A stretch of DNA of 63,558 nt, filler included, from Octopus bimaculoides (taxonomy: Eukaryota): NCBI RefSeq assembly GCF_001194135.2. It is 5 parts of 5 records of this genome, joined end to end, with 100 filler letters (N's around TTAATTAATTAA, not from the genome) between each part and the next. Parts side by side here need not be neighbours in the genome. Positions count along the whole stretch, not along the records: positions 22,219 to 39,244 come from NC_068992.1; positions 39,345 to 58,853 come from NC_068981.1; 3 more parts are not named here. The stretch is one strand, 5' to 3'. The notes below the pieces were generated by a model. The model was given only the letters and a program-made list of their open reading frames with translations, made no database searches and was not told the origin of the DNA. Positions 25,932 through 39,600 of the stretch are shown here, in pieces. How positions within the stretch are numbered: position 1 is the stretch's first letter; each line of letters begins with the position of its first letter. The position numbers and the translations under genes are program-made.

Positions 25932-26604
25932 ACACATACACACGCACATCAAGAGCGCAGTGGCGTGAAAATCGAGTCACGAGACAAATTGTGAGCTTCA
26001 GTTTTAATTTTTCCCANNNNNNNNNNNNNNNNNNNNNNNNNNNNNNNNNNNNNNNNNNNNNNNNNNNNNNNNNNNNNNNNNNNNNNNNNNNNNNNNNNNN
26101 NNNNNNNNNNNNNNNNNNNNNNNNNNNNNNNNNNNNNNNNNNNNNNNNNNNNNNNNNNNNNNNNNNNNNNNNNNNNNNNNNNNNNNNNNNNNNNNNNNNN
26201 NNNNNNNNNNNNNNNNNNNNNNNNNNNNNNNNNNNNNNNNNNNNNNNNNNNNNNNNNNNNNNNNNNNNNNNNNNNNNNNNNNNNNNNNNNNNNNNNNNNN
26301 NNNNNNNNNNNNNNNNNTATATATATATATATATATATATATATGAAGAAGCAAAAACTGAAAATATGCAGTAGATAAACATTCATACACAAGCATATAG
26401 CTGTTTAGATATTTATAGAACAGATTTACATGAAGTACAAAAATACAGAATGCTAAATGGAGGGGGAATGGTATTTCAGGTCCGACAGCTGTTTCTGTGG
26501 ACATTGAATTACATAATAGTTGCAATGTTAGCAGATGGGGTGTGCAAAATGTCAAGAATATATAACCATCAGTGGATGCATATAAACATTACCATAGATC
26601 CGTC

Positions 26605-26670
<66 letters not shown>

Positions 26671-26911
26671 GCATACATACATACATAGACAGACAGACAG
26701 ATAGTTAGATAAATAGATATACATACATACGTAGAAACATGTTTTCTTGTGTTTCTAGGTGTTTTATGTATGCACATATTTATGTTTCGTGTACTTACAT
26801 AGACACACATGCGCTTTTATATATATATATATATAAATGTATTTGTGTGAATATGCGTGGGTGTGGGTGTGGGTGTGTATGCATATATGTATAGATGAAC
26901 ATATAGCTATA

Positions 26912-27134
26912 CAGTAATCCCTCGACTATCGCAGGTGTTACATTCCAAAACGCCCTGTCATAGGTGAAAATCCGCAAAGTAGAAACAGTACTGTATTGTA
27001 TATATATATTTTTCATTATTCTTATAATTTGTATATATTTTATTATAAATGCAAAACAACACCCACGGGGGAATCGACGTAAGCTTAAATAAAAAACCGC
27101 GATAGGTGAACCGCAATATGGCGAGGCATTACTC
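26912..27134. mobile_element. pogo/Tigger-type MITE, 223 bp, TA target duplication
   Basis: TA|CAGTAATCCCTCGACTATCGC ... GCAATATGGCGAGGCATTACTC|TA gives imperfect TIRs flanked by TA at 26910-26911 and 27135-27136. Confidence 0.8.
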
Positions 27135-27147
27135 TACATATATATAC

Positions 27148-27200
<53 letters not shown>

Positions 27201-28216
27201 CGCATGAGTGTGCGCATTTCCGTTCCATCGCTTACAGCACTGAACTGACAAGGGTAAATTTAAAAACGCAAACTAGTTAATTAATTGTCAAATGTCAGAA
27301 TTCCCTCCCCTTCCGTTGGCAGTATTCCCTGAGCAGTATGGCTAATATAAATGTGCATTATTCAAAGATGAATCTTCAGTTTCTTGCAGATGTCAGCTCA
27401 GTTAGCAGACATCGACCGTGATCACTCTTGTCTGGCGACTTTTCCACTCTAGCTCTGTCAATTTATCCTAATAATTAAAATCTATTTTATCCCTGCTTTT
27501 TTTTGACCTTGTAGTTTATCATTTCGTCTTTCACTCTGTCTCCCTATCTGTTTCTCTCTCTCATTCTCTTTCCTCTCTCATTCCCTCTCTTTATAATACA
27601 CTGTTTTTCTACAAAACACTTTTCTCTCACTCTATTTCGTTCACTATATTTTATATTTGTACTTTCCTATCCTTCTATTTCTTTTCTTCTCTGTCTTCTC
27701 CTTCATGTAGAGAGAACCAACTTAATACAAAACTAGATAGGCGATGTTTGTAAAGATGCGCTAGAAAGCTTATATACTCTTTTAAACGAACATGGATACA
27801 AACGCAATAATATCAAAATTTGTATTGGGAGGAGTTGTTAGAGCGTGTAACAGAATGTTTCGCGGTATTTTCTTCAACACTGCGTTTCGAGTTCAAATCC
27901 CATCATGATCAACATTGCTTTTCATATTTTCGAAGGCAGCAAAAAATATTACCAACCCAAGGCTGCGTTTTCGGGGGGAAATGTAAGAACGTCGGATCGT
28001 ATCAGATGCGTTGAGATATTTGTTCCGGTATAGTCCAATAATTGCTGGTATTAAACCATTGTTCTCTATAACACCATTACCTGGCACCTTCCGTACCCTC
28101 AATAGAATCCACTCTATTAGGGAAACATTTCTGTCTTGTATCAGCCTCAGTCGAGCTTGTAATGCATCATAGACACTTCCTTCTTCCCCGACGAACAAAT
28201 CATATAAGCATATAAT

Positions 28217-28926
28217 TGTTGGCACTCCGTCGCTTACGACGACGAGGGTTCCAGTTGATCCGATCAACGGAACAGCCTGCTCGTGAAATTAACGTGCAAG
28301 TGGCTGAGAACTCCACAGACACGTGTACCCTTAACGTAGTTCTCGGGGATATTCAGCGTGACACAGTGTGACAAGGCTGACCCTTTGAATTACAGGCATA
28401 ACAGAAACAGGAAGTAAGAGTGAGAGAAATTTGTGGTGAAAGAGTACAGCAGGGTTCGCCACCATCCCCTGCCGGAGCCTCGTGGAGCTTTAGGTGTTTT
28501 CGCTCAATAAACACTCTGGGAATCGAAACCACGACNNNNNNNNNNNNNNNNTATAATTGTTGGCACTCCGTCGCTTACGACGACGAGGGTTCCAGTTGAT
28601 CCGATCAACGGAACAGCCTGCTCGTGAAATTAACGTGCAAGTGGCTGAGAACTCCACAGACACGTGTACCCTTAACGTAGTTCTCGGGGATATTCAGCGT
28701 GACACAGTGTGACAAGGCTGACCCTTTGAATTACAGGCATAACAGAAACAGGAAGTAAGAGTGAGAGAAATTTGTGGTGAAAGAGTACAGCAGGGTTCGC
28801 CACCATCCCCTGCCGGAGCCTCGTGGAGCTTTAGGTGTTTTCGCTCAATAAACACTCTGGGAATCGAAACCACGACTCTACGACCGCGAGTCCGCTGCCC
28901 TAACCATTGGGCCATTGCGCCTCCAC
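28217..28926 (-). mobile_element. Family-B SINE: one young insertion, duplicated across a small gap by the assembly
   Basis: Identical sequence on both sides of the N run at 28536-28551. A single 12-bp TSD, TAAGCATATAAT, lies at 28205-28216 and 28927-28938. Confidence 0.85.
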
Positions 28927-30029
28927 TAAGCATATAATACATAGATATAATAACAGTTGATATAAGTGTTAGTTGGTTGGCTGGTTGATTTCTCGCGTCA
29001 TGATTTACATCGCGTAGAGAAGGAGAGATGAGTGACAGAATAAGAGAAATACAGTTAAAATATAAGAGCAACAGAAAGATGAACATAATAGGTTAGGTAG
29101 CGGGCAATGAGTAAAAGAACACGACACACACATATATACAGAAATAGAGATAAAGGTAGAGTTATGAGAGATGTATTCAAAAGAGAAATTTGTTTTATCT
29201 AATCCTATTTTAATATTTTTCTTTTGAAAATTAGTATTCATCACATTATTTGATCAGAACCAAGAAATATCCACAGCACTGATAATTGTCAAATGTATGG
29301 CAAATTTCCTGATCTTGTTCATATTGGCAAAAGTATTCTTCGAAAGTTACCATATATATATGTGTGTATATATCTATATATGTGTGTATATATATATGTG
29401 TGTATATATATATGTGTATATATNNNNNNNNNNNNNNNNNNNNNNNNNNNNNNNNNNNNNNNNNNNNNNNNNNNNNNNNNNNNNNNNNNNNNNNNNNNNN
29501 NNNNNNNNNNNNNNNNNNNNNNNNNNNNNNNNNNNNNNNNNNNNNNNNNNNNNNNNNNNNNNNNNNNNNNNNNNNNNNNNNNNNNNNNNNNNNNNNNNNN
29601 NNNNNNNNNNNNNNNNNNNNNNNNNNNNNNNNNNNNNNNNNNNNNNNNNNNNNNNNNNNNNNNNNNNNNNNNNNNNNNNNNNNNNNNNNNNNNNNNNNNN
29701 NNNNNNNNNNNNNNNNNNNNNNNNNNNNNNNNNNNNNNNNNNNNNNNNNNNNNNNNNNNNNNNNNNNNNNNNNNNNNNNNNNNNNNNNNNNNNNNNNNNN
29801 NNNNNNNNNNNNNNNNNNNNNNNNNNNNNNNNNNNNNNNNNNNNNNNNNNNNNNNNNNNNNNNNNNNNNNNNNNNNNNNNNNNNNNNNNNNNNNNNNNNN
29901 NNNNNNNNNNNNNNNNNNNNNNNNNNNNNNNNNNNNNNNNNNNNNNNNNNNNNNNNNNNNNNNNNNNNNNNNNNNNNNNNNNNNNNNNNNNNNNNNNNNN
30001 NNNNNNNNNNNNNNNNNNNNNNNNNNNNN

Positions 30030-30069
<40 letters not shown>

Positions 30070-31425
30070 GCATATAGATCTTTAAATATGCATATACGCA
30101 TATGTATAAACTGACTTATATACCTACATATATATACATATATGTGTGTACTTTTATATATATCTATATATATACATTTGTGTAGGTGGGGTGTACATAT
30201 TGATACAAACATATACAGACTCAAATTATTAAAACTTTCCCATCGTATGCAGGCGCATAAATATTCTGAAATCAAATCTGCACGAACACACACACACACA
30301 CACACCACCACCACACAAACGTGCAGACACATGCTCACATATGTGCTACATAATGAACACATTCACATAAGACATTCGTCGTTTTCTCTGGAGGTTTTGA
30401 TTTCGTCTTTTAACAAATTGTTGCAATATGCTTTTTGTGTCTACTTGTGTGTGCCTGTGAGTCTATGTGATTCTGCGTATATGTATAATTGTGTGAACAA
30501 GTGCCTTTACCGTATGCGTTTCTATAAGTTTCAGTCGTGAGTACAAAAGAAGCGTCTAAGAATGAAAAAGAATATCTCTGTGACGTGTTTGCTTTTTTAA
30601 GCATTAATTATAGTGTCCAACTGTTAGGACAACTATATTTACAACGAGGCTATATATTTATTTCTCTTTTTCATGTTCGCATCTATTCTTTTGTCAATGG
30701 AGACAGCATTAATACGTGTATACGGTATCTTTCTTCATGTTTTACGCATGTAACATCAATATATCAAGTATGTTATATATATATATATATATATATATAT
30801 GCGTGTGTGTGTTTGCTTGTCTGTGTATACATATATAATATATACATATATATGCATATATATATAAATTTATACATGCGTACATATACATACATACATA
30901 TATACATACATGCATACATACATACATGCATACATACATATGTATAAGTGTATGTACAAGTTTGTCGATATTTCTGCTTGTGTATGTAAGCAAAATTTTT
31001 GTACATATCTACGTATGTGGATATCTTCAAATGTATAAATACGTATGTATATGCTTATGCATGATGTAAACTCACAGACAAAAACCCACGTACACACCCA
31101 TACATTTATGCATGTATATATGTTTAATATAAATAAACACACACACATACACACACACAAACATACACACACTCACATACAAGCACAAAGTCGTGGATCT
31201 TTGAATTTACATATATGTAACATTACTCGTTTTATATTGATTATGCATAAATATACGTTTTTGTCATGTATGCATCTATATACATATATATGAACGTGTA
31301 TACGAATGTATGTATATACGCATATATACATAATTATTTTATACATGTGTGAGTGAGCGTACGTATGTGCATGTATATAAACATATAAAATTTATAATAT
31401 ATGTGTGCATGAATACATGTATATG

Positions 31426-31481
<56 letters not shown>

Positions 31482-31722
31482 CGTGTATATTTATATATAT
31501 ATATATGTATATATATANNNNNNNNNNNNNNNNNNNNNNNNNNNNNNNNNNNNNNNNNNNNNNNNNNNNNNNNNNNNNNNNNNNNNNNNNNNNNNNNNNN
31601 NNNNNNNNNNNNNNNNNNNNNNNNNNNNNNNNNNNNNNNNNNNNNNNNNNNNNNNNNNNNNNNNNNNNNNNNNNNNNNNNNNNNNNNNNNNNNNNNNNNN
31701 NNNNNNNNNNNNNNNNNNNNNN

Positions 31723-31792
<70 letters not shown>

Positions 31793-32289
31793 TATACATA
31801 TACGTACGTGGTCATTTATACACATACAACGCAAACACGCGCCCAAGTACATGCAAGTACACACATACACACACACACACAATCGCACACAAACATACAT
31901 ACATTAGATAGACACATTGACCCACGCATGCTCCCATACATACATACAAAGCCACACAAACCTACAGATTGTTTTATATTCTCGTACATGGAACTATCGT
32001 GTAGGAAGTCAGCAGTGACTTCCAGCTTGATCTATCATTGACTAAATAATACATTACAGAGATATATAGAACTGTTGCCCATAAATCATTATTTCTTACG
32101 TGAAGACATTAAATATAGATCGAAACGACTTTTTTCATATAGCATTGCTGACGAATTTTCACATGCATATTTGATGCAAAATTGACACTTGGTTTAATGT
32201 CAATGTAGTTTGCTTACGCAAGCTAAAAGACCACAGGCTTATAGCGAAGGAAGAAAGGAATACCGTGAAAGCTATTCCGTTTTTCTAGT

Positions 32290-32714
32290 GCTCTTTAAAT
32301 GGTTTCGCTCATTATAGACTTCGGCCGTGCTGGGGCGCATCGTTGAAAGATATAGGAATTCTTATCGAATCAAGTATTGTTTCTGAAAATCTCGTATTTC
32401 CCTTATTGGTGTACCTTTTTGATAAACTTCTAATAAAGAAAAAATGGTTTGTGCAGCGGTGTCATATGAAGAATGTACACAAAGTAACAAACACGAGCAC
32501 ACCACATATATATGTGTATATGTGTATGAGTGTGTGTTTAGGAATGTATGTATGTATGTATGTATGTCATTATTCAGTTTATTTTAAGATTTCTTGCCAA
32601 TATAGAAAGAACCAGTTTCTAACCTAATCCAAGGCTACTTCACTGGAATTTCAGCACCAACAACAGGATATTTTTGCATGTATGTATATATATATATATA
32701 CATATATATATGTG

Positions 32715-32761
<47 letters not shown>

Positions 32762-33005
32762 GTGTGTGTGTGTGTGTGCGTGTGTGTGTGTGTGTGCGTG
32801 TGTGTGTGTGTGTGTAGATATGTATGTCTTCTCATGCATATACTTGCATATCTAGACATGCTCACAGCTTTCCGTCTGGTAAATTGACTCACAAGCAATT
32901 GATGGCCTGGGGCTAAAAGGGAAGATATTTACCCAAGGTACCGCACAATAGGACTGAACCCGGAACCCTCTGGCTGCTAAGCAAACTTCTTTTCACACAG
33001 CCCAG
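32290..33005 (-). mobile_element. Old family-C CORE-like SINE split by a nested LINE 3' fragment
   Basis: Head at 32863-33005; degenerate 3' half at ~32290-32500 (ttcggccgtgctggggcgcatcgttgaa...acaaacacgagcacacc). Confidence 0.6.
32545..32862 (-). mobile_element. 3' UTR-only copy of the R4/Dong-like LINE ending in (CATA)n
   Basis: Aligns with 7703-7890 (tgtatgtcattattcagttta...gtttctaacct...catatctagacatgctca); the internal microsatellite has expanded to (TA)n(TG)n. Confidence 0.75.
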
Positions 33006-33629
33006 CCTGGAGTAATATTAGTTCTCTTACGCTTTTTTATCTATTTATCCAGTCACGTAAACACAATGTACTTGAGTGATATCCTCTAAAATATTAATAA
33101 TATTAATAATATCCTGAACGTAGTTTATATACAGCAGGTAAATGCATTATACGCATGACATTTTTAGATTTATGCTACGTTTTAGTCAGAAAGCTGCACC
33201 AGTCTGCAATTACTGCTGCCTAACAATCATAATTCTGGCTAGTATTGATATCGATTCCAGTGTTGAGTTTATTCATTTTAGCAACACATGTCTTGCATTA
33301 AACCTCATTACAAATGGTAAGTTGTAATAAAACTATTGTGATCACATTTTGGTTTTAATACTTTAGGTTCCTTGTATATGGAAAAAAGATGAAATAAATC
33401 ATAAATTTTTGCAGGATATAAATAATAGTTCGATAGGATAGTAGTTAATCTATTGTAGAATATANNNNNNNNNNTGAGTTCATTATAAACCTGGAAGCAG
33501 AAGAGACAGAGGAAGGGAAAGAGAGAGAGGGAGAGAGGAAAAAAGAGAGAAAAAAGAAAATAGACAACTTTATTGATCGAATATAAAATCTTCTTTACTG
33601 ATATGACACTGGATAGAAATAAGTTATCA

Positions 33630-33653
33630 AATAATAATAATAATAATAATAGC

Positions 33654-33718
<65 letters not shown>

Positions 33719-33886
33719 TAACAATAATAATGATAATAATAATAATAATAATAATAATGTGTGTTTATGAAAGCAATAATGATGATGATGATGATAACAA
33801 TAATAATAATGATAATAATAAAAGTAACTGATAGCAATAATGATAATGATAATAATGATAATGATAACAGTAATGATAATAACAGC

Positions 33887-33942
<56 letters not shown>

Positions 33943-33950
33943 CAACAACA
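33630..33950. repeat. (AAT)n/(GAT)n microsatellite block
   Basis: Direct inspection. Confidence 0.9.
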
Positions 33951-34512
33951 TTATCCTGTGTTTTCCAAACTTCATCTAATTTCTTTTCAAACTCTTCTTT
34001 TTTTCCAAACATATATTTCCAACTTATTTCCCAATCTTCTCATTTGTTCTTGCTTACCATTTTTTGTTTAGCTTTTTTATTTCTTTCTTTCCTTCTTTCT
34101 TTCTTTTGCATTCTCCTTTTATTCTCCTAAAGAATATTTTTATATTATCCTTCTTTTGAAAGCGTTTTCTTCTTCGTTTCTTAATTTCAATATACTTTTA
34201 GCTGAATGTGTTTATTGATTTATATGCTTATTATTGTTGTTGTTTTTTTTTTCATATGTATTATTTTTATTTTGTAAAGTACATCACAAGAACCCAAGAT
34301 CTACAGCTGTGTTATTTTTTAAACAATGCTTTATTTCTGTGAACTTGCCCCTCTTTTTTTTCTACTACAATATGGTAGTATCGTTATTTCCTGGTCGATA
34401 ATCGTTCATTTTTTTTTTTTTTTTTTGATAGTCAGCGATACTTGGATAATAGCGTTTCTTGCCGTAATATGAAAGTTCGAAGCAATATGTCAAATAAACG
34501 ACATAGGAATAA

Positions 34513-35440
34513 CTTAACCCTCCAAGGTAACTTATATCTATTTTTTCTATGTTTAACAAATCCATTTTCCACGTATGTATATCTAACATTGTTTATTATC
34601 ATACTTCTGTAGATATGCACTGACTTTGAATTAATTTTGAAAATAATGAAGAGTTTACTAAGGTATCTTTGCCATTATTAAGCTGATGTTTGAAACATAA
34701 ATTAATGCTGCCATTTTAATGTCCATGTATCCATAAAGACACATTGCCATTGTTTCAATAAATGTTTAAATAGTGAAGAATTTAGTAAAATAACGTCGCC
34801 ATTATTAAACTTACATTTGGGACATTATTGTTGTTGGCACTCCGTCGGTTACGACGTCGAGGATTCCAGTTGATCCAATCAACGGAACAGCCAGCTCGTG
34901 AAATTAACATGCAAGTAGCTGAGCACTCCACAGACACGTGTACCCTTAACGTAGTTCTCGGGGATATTCAGGGTGACAAGGCTGATCCTTTGAATTACAG
35001 GCACAACAGAAACAGGAAGTAAGAGTGAGAGAAATTTGTGGCGAAAGAGTACAGCAGGGTTCGCCACCATACCCTGCCGGAGCCTCGTGGAGCTTTAGGT
35101 GTTTTCGCTCAATAAACACTCACAACGCCCGGTCTGGGAATCGAAACCGCGATCCTATGACCGCGAGTCCGCTGCCCTAACCACTCGGCCATTGCGCCTC
35201 CATACATGTGGGACATAAATTAAAATGAAAGTTTGAAAAGTTTTGATTTAGATAATTAACACTTTTACTAACATATATCAGAACAAATACACCGTCTTTG
35301 TTTCAATTAATATTAAATTAAGCTGATATTCGGAACATAAATCAGCATGAAATTTCGATATACGGTTTTAATTCGATCATTTTAAAACAAGAAATTTGTA
35401 TCATAGAACTCAAGCATATTGATATCAAATTTGTTAAATG
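34513..35440. mobile_element. Possible degenerate TTAA-type (piggyBac-like) non-autonomous element with internal subrepeats, interrupted by a SINE
   Basis: Starts TTAA|CCCT. The subrepeat gaaaataatgaagagtttactaag...ccattattaagctg...gaaacataaatt occurs ~3 times. The right end is poorly conserved. Confidence 0.3.
34826..35202 (-). mobile_element. Full-length family-B SINE with a 14-bp TSD
   Basis: TSD TACATTTGGGACAT (34812-34825) / TACATGTGGGACAT (35203-35216), one mismatch. Highly similar to the 28.5-kb copy. Confidence 0.9.
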
Positions 35441-35837
35441 CTCTAAAGCTAATACGTGGACTGATTAGCACGTTGTTTTTGAATATATTATCTTGATACT
35501 AAGTTTATATAGTCGTTAATCATATTATTAGGTATTATAGTCACTAATTTGAAATAGAAAATTAGACTAATTAATTAGTCTTGAAGCACGTGCTTATCTC
35601 TTGCCAAGCAACTATATTACGAGATAGTACAAAAGAGCGCCTGTAATACGAAACATAGTCGGCCAGTGCATAAGGTGATATACTGGCAGAACTGTTAGAG
35701 CATTAGAAAGAAATGTCTTCCCGTGTTTGTTCAAGGCCTTTGCATTCTAAGATCAAATCCTACCAAACATAACTTTAATCATCATCATTTCGGGTTTTGA
35801 TAAATATGGCATCTGTCACCATTAAGTTGACTCCCCC

Positions 35838-35870
<33 letters not shown>

Positions 35871-35929
35871 ATATGACTGTTTCATCTCGCCATGATCGAT
35901 CATCTGAATCTCATTTTGTGGATTAAGGT

Positions 35930-36310
35930 CTCTTTACTCTCTTATTTGTTTCAGTCATTTGACTGTGGCCATGCTGGAGCACCACGTTTAGTCGAGCAAA
36001 TCGATCCCAGTACTTGTTCTTTGTAAGCCCAGAACTTATTCTATCGGTCTCTTTCACCGAACCGCTATATTACGGGGACATAAACACACCACCATCAGTT
36101 GTCAAGCGATGGTGGGGGGTCAAACACAGACACACAAACACATACATACATATACACGACGGGATTCTTTCAGTTTCCATCTACCAAATCTACTCACAAG
36201 GGTTTGGTCGGCCCGTGGCTATAATAGAAGACACTTTGCCTCAGGTGCGACGCAGTGGAACTGAACCCGGAACCATGTGGTTCGTAAGCAAGCCACTTAC
36301 CACACAGCCA
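35930..36310 (-). mobile_element. Full-length family-C CORE-like SINE
   Basis: Head, central (CA/TA)n and tail tttcagtcatttgactgtggccatgctggagcacc are all present. Confidence 0.85.
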
Positions 36311-37212
36311 CCCCTACGCCTAAATTGAATTGATTACATCTCTCCATCACAAGTTCTAATCTTGTGCTAATATAAGTAGCTTGGAAATCGGGCGTGTTGG
36401 TCCTAATCAGAATAATTAGTTCCTAGGTTTGCTCGATGCGAACCAAGCTATAAGTAAACAACGAGAACAAGAACAAGAGCGACAACGACAACAATGATAG
36501 CAGTTGTAGCAACAAAAAGGCAGACGACCCTGGAGTGGAATATTAAGAAAGGTCTGATAATCTGAAAGGTTTCTTTGTTTTGGAAGTATCAAGAAACGTG
36601 TTTTTTTTTTAATATTTTTTTTCTAAATACTTTGCCACCAATTTTTTGTAGTCTTTTTTTTTTTATTTTGTCTTTGTATCTTTTATATTCTCAAAATCGG
36701 TGATACATTTTAATTGATCTCCAGCTGTGAAGCACGAAACAGTCTGTAGATTCAGATTTTCAAATGTGTACATGCACAGATATCTTGAATTTAAACATTC
36801 TCACAATCTTACGTGTTAAATTTCTTTTATATAAGAAACCACATATGTTTCTTCATGCTCTGTATTATTTACTTTGTGGTTAAGACAACTAAAGAGAGTT
36901 GCCATTTATTTTATTTATATGTTTATTTATTTTTTCCTTCCTTTGATCTACAGGAAGGAGTGTAACTATTGCTTTCGTCGGCCCTTCAGTACAAGTGAGA
37001 TCGACTAGATTAGCACTCCTACAAATAGTTGCAAGTCTACGGTTGCATGAAAAAAATTATTTACGAATGGGATTACAGACAGGATAATAGAGTTAATGTA
37101 ATTACATATTTACTTGTTGTGTGAGATTGTCTTCTGTACAGCCATTTTATATTGAAAATCTAATTCTGCAGGTACAAAAGTAATTGAGAGTGATAATGGT
37201 ATCAGTAATAGT

Positions 37213-37935
37213 GTTTTATTTACCACAAAGGGCTCGCAAAAACTTTGGGGACGGTACAGGAAATGCAATGTGGGGTTACATAAAGAAGCGTGTAAAAATT
37301 ACAAACGGTAACAAAATAAATGCTAATAATGAAAATTTCCCTAAAACAATATTTCCTAAGGCTGCACGTGGAGATCCTACAAAACCACGGTCCCCCTGAC
37401 CACTAGGACAAGTGCCCTCCAAGCATCGTCTTCCTTTTATCTATAGGCGCAGGCTTGGAGTAGGCCCTTTTACCCGAACCATTCTTGTCACATTCACCCA
37501 CTTCTCAATAAAAGTGTTGGGAAGCAGCACTTCCTTCTCTATCCTCACCTTGCTTTATAAGGGAAACTTGAAAAAGTTGATGAGGACTTGGCCAAAGAGG
37601 AAAGTATCAACCATTAGCCTTTTCAATCTGGTCCACCGCAAAACCACTTTCGCTAACTTCACCAGGCAAAGAAACACTGCCTCCCCTTCCCGGCCAAAAG
37701 AAAGCGATGGGATGATTTTCACAATGGACTCAGCCAATAGCCGAATCCTTCCTACACGTGACAGCAGATGTGCAACGTAAAGCTACAAGACAACAATGCT
37801 AGGGTGCTGGATGAAAGCGTACAGAATAATTATGTCCCTCTACGCGCATCTCGGCCAACCCGTCTCCGGGCGGTTCCATGCCTGTGTATTTTATCCCGAA
37901 CCGGCAATGCTCCTCGGTAGCACTGACGGGTCAGA
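37213..37935 (-). mobile_element. Tx1/L1-clade LINE ORF2 C-terminus (zf-RVT-like) + 3' UTR
   Basis: CYRGALPVRDKIHRHG, (C)PRCA.RD.I..AF.QHPS and VFLCLVKLAKVVLRWTRLK...FLFGQVLINFFKF, with frameshifts. Confidence 0.7.
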
Positions 37936-38811
37936 AATTTCAGGACCTTAGTTTTTTAAAAGTACGTTGTTTTAATGGCCGATGAAGGAGAAAAGCACAG
38001 TTGACATTAGCGAGGTCAGAAAGTTGAAACCAACACAGCGGGGCATTGAGTACAAAGCGAAATATCTGTTTCTGAGTAAATATTTATGATACAAAATTGT
38101 AACAACTCGTGGGCGAGAAAACAGTGATTTATGTACTCTTGAAAGCGAAGATTCTGCTTGAGCTACTGTTTATGATCTGTATAATCCTCTTTCTGTGATA
38201 TGAATTAATCCTTTTTCTCAAGAATACAATGGGATTAAATTTCTGAAAGAAATTAAGACGGCGCCATAAACTATCGTTACATCTAGGTAAACTAAAAGGC
38301 ATGAAATCACAAGCAGTGCATTGTTTTTTCTTTTAGAAATGTTATTTCAGAGCCAAATCATATTAGTGAATAACAAAAATCGGTAAAGCATCGAATACAA
38401 TTCCGTGTAATATTTCTTCTAGCTTTTTACGTTTTGATTTCCAATTCCGCCGAGCATAACGTTGATTTCATTCTTCTGCAAACGATAAAATAAAGTACGA
38501 GGTAAGTCCTGGGAGTTGATGAAATTGACTAACAGTCTCCCTAAAATTTGAAACTCTCTACCTACGTCAGGACCAGTTAAAGGATGGTGAATTAGCGGAA
38601 TTACTGGAGCAATATCTCTTCAGGTTCCTTGCACTCTGGGTTAGAATACCACCGAATTTATCTTTGCTTATTATATAGATCAAATAAAATTCTACTCAAG
38701 AACTCCAGTCTATGCAATCAACTAAGCTCTATTCCCAAATTTCAAGCCTTGTACTTATATTAAAAACAATTATTATTATTATTAATATTATCATCATCAT
38801 CATTATTATGT

Positions 38812-39022
38812 AAGGCGGCAAGTTAGCAGATTCGTTAACACGCCGGGCGAAATGCTTAGCGGTATTTCGTCTGCCCCTACGCTGTGAGCTCAAATTCCGT
38901 CGAGCTCGACTTTGCCTTGCATCCTTTCGGGGTTAATAAATTAAGTATCTGGGAAACACTGGGGTCGATGTAAACTACTAGTCCCCTCCCCACAAATTTC
39001 AGGCCTTGTGCCATTAGTAGAA

Positions 39023-39025
<3 letters not shown>
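38812..39025 (+). mobile_element. Full-length family-A SINE with (ATT)n tail
   Basis: aaggcggcaagttagcagattcgttaacacgccgggcgaaatg...tttgccttgcatcctttcggggttaataaattaagt...ccttgtgccattagtagaaattattat. Confidence 0.85.
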
Positions 39026-39070
<45 letters not shown>

Positions 39071-39344
39071 ATTATGAAGAGTTGAGGAATGACAGAATTG
39101 TGAACGCACCTTTCAATGTATTCTTTCTGACTCTACGTCCTGGGTTCGAATCCCAACGAGATAGTTTTACGTTTCATCCCTCTCTGGGATCAATCGGTTA
39201 TGTGTGTGTGAATGTAGGTCTGTATGTATGGTTGTGTGTGGATGNNNNNNNNNNNNNNNNNNNNNNNNNNNNNNNNNNNNNNNNNNNNTTAATTAATTAA
39301 NNNNNNNNNNNNNNNNNNNNNNNNNNNNNNNNNNNNNNNNNNNN

Positions 39345-39600
39345 TTGCCCAGGCTATTCTTATTCTAGCAGCTACACTTTCAGCGCACCCACCCCCACTA
39401 CTAACTTGGTCGCCCAGATAGCGGAAGCTATCGACTACCTCTAGTTTTTCACCCTGGAATGAGATAGAAGTTGTTTCCTGTTTGTTTGCAGTCTTTATTG
39501 CACCTGAACATCTGCCACAAACAAAAACTAACTTGCTAGTTAACCTGCCTTTGATGTTGCTGCACCTCTTATGTGTCCATAGCTTGCACCGGGTACATCT
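39345..39600 (-). mobile_element. RTE-clade LINE ORF2 fragment including part of a PHD finger
   Basis: CTRCKLWTHKRCSNIKGRLTSKLVFVCGRC...KLEVVDSFRYLGDQVSSGGGCAESVAARIRIAWA; same family as 49585-51385. Confidence 0.9.

Noticed and set aside
27893-28267. 124-aa minus-strand ORF
   Set aside because: The N-terminus comes from the SINE tail. The remainder only faintly recalls a LINE thumb region (YISPRKRSLGL), too weak to call.
28217-28926. Apparent tandem duplication of a family-B SINE
   Set aside because: The copies are identical, separated by a tiny gap and enclosed by one TSD pair: an unmerged contig overlap.
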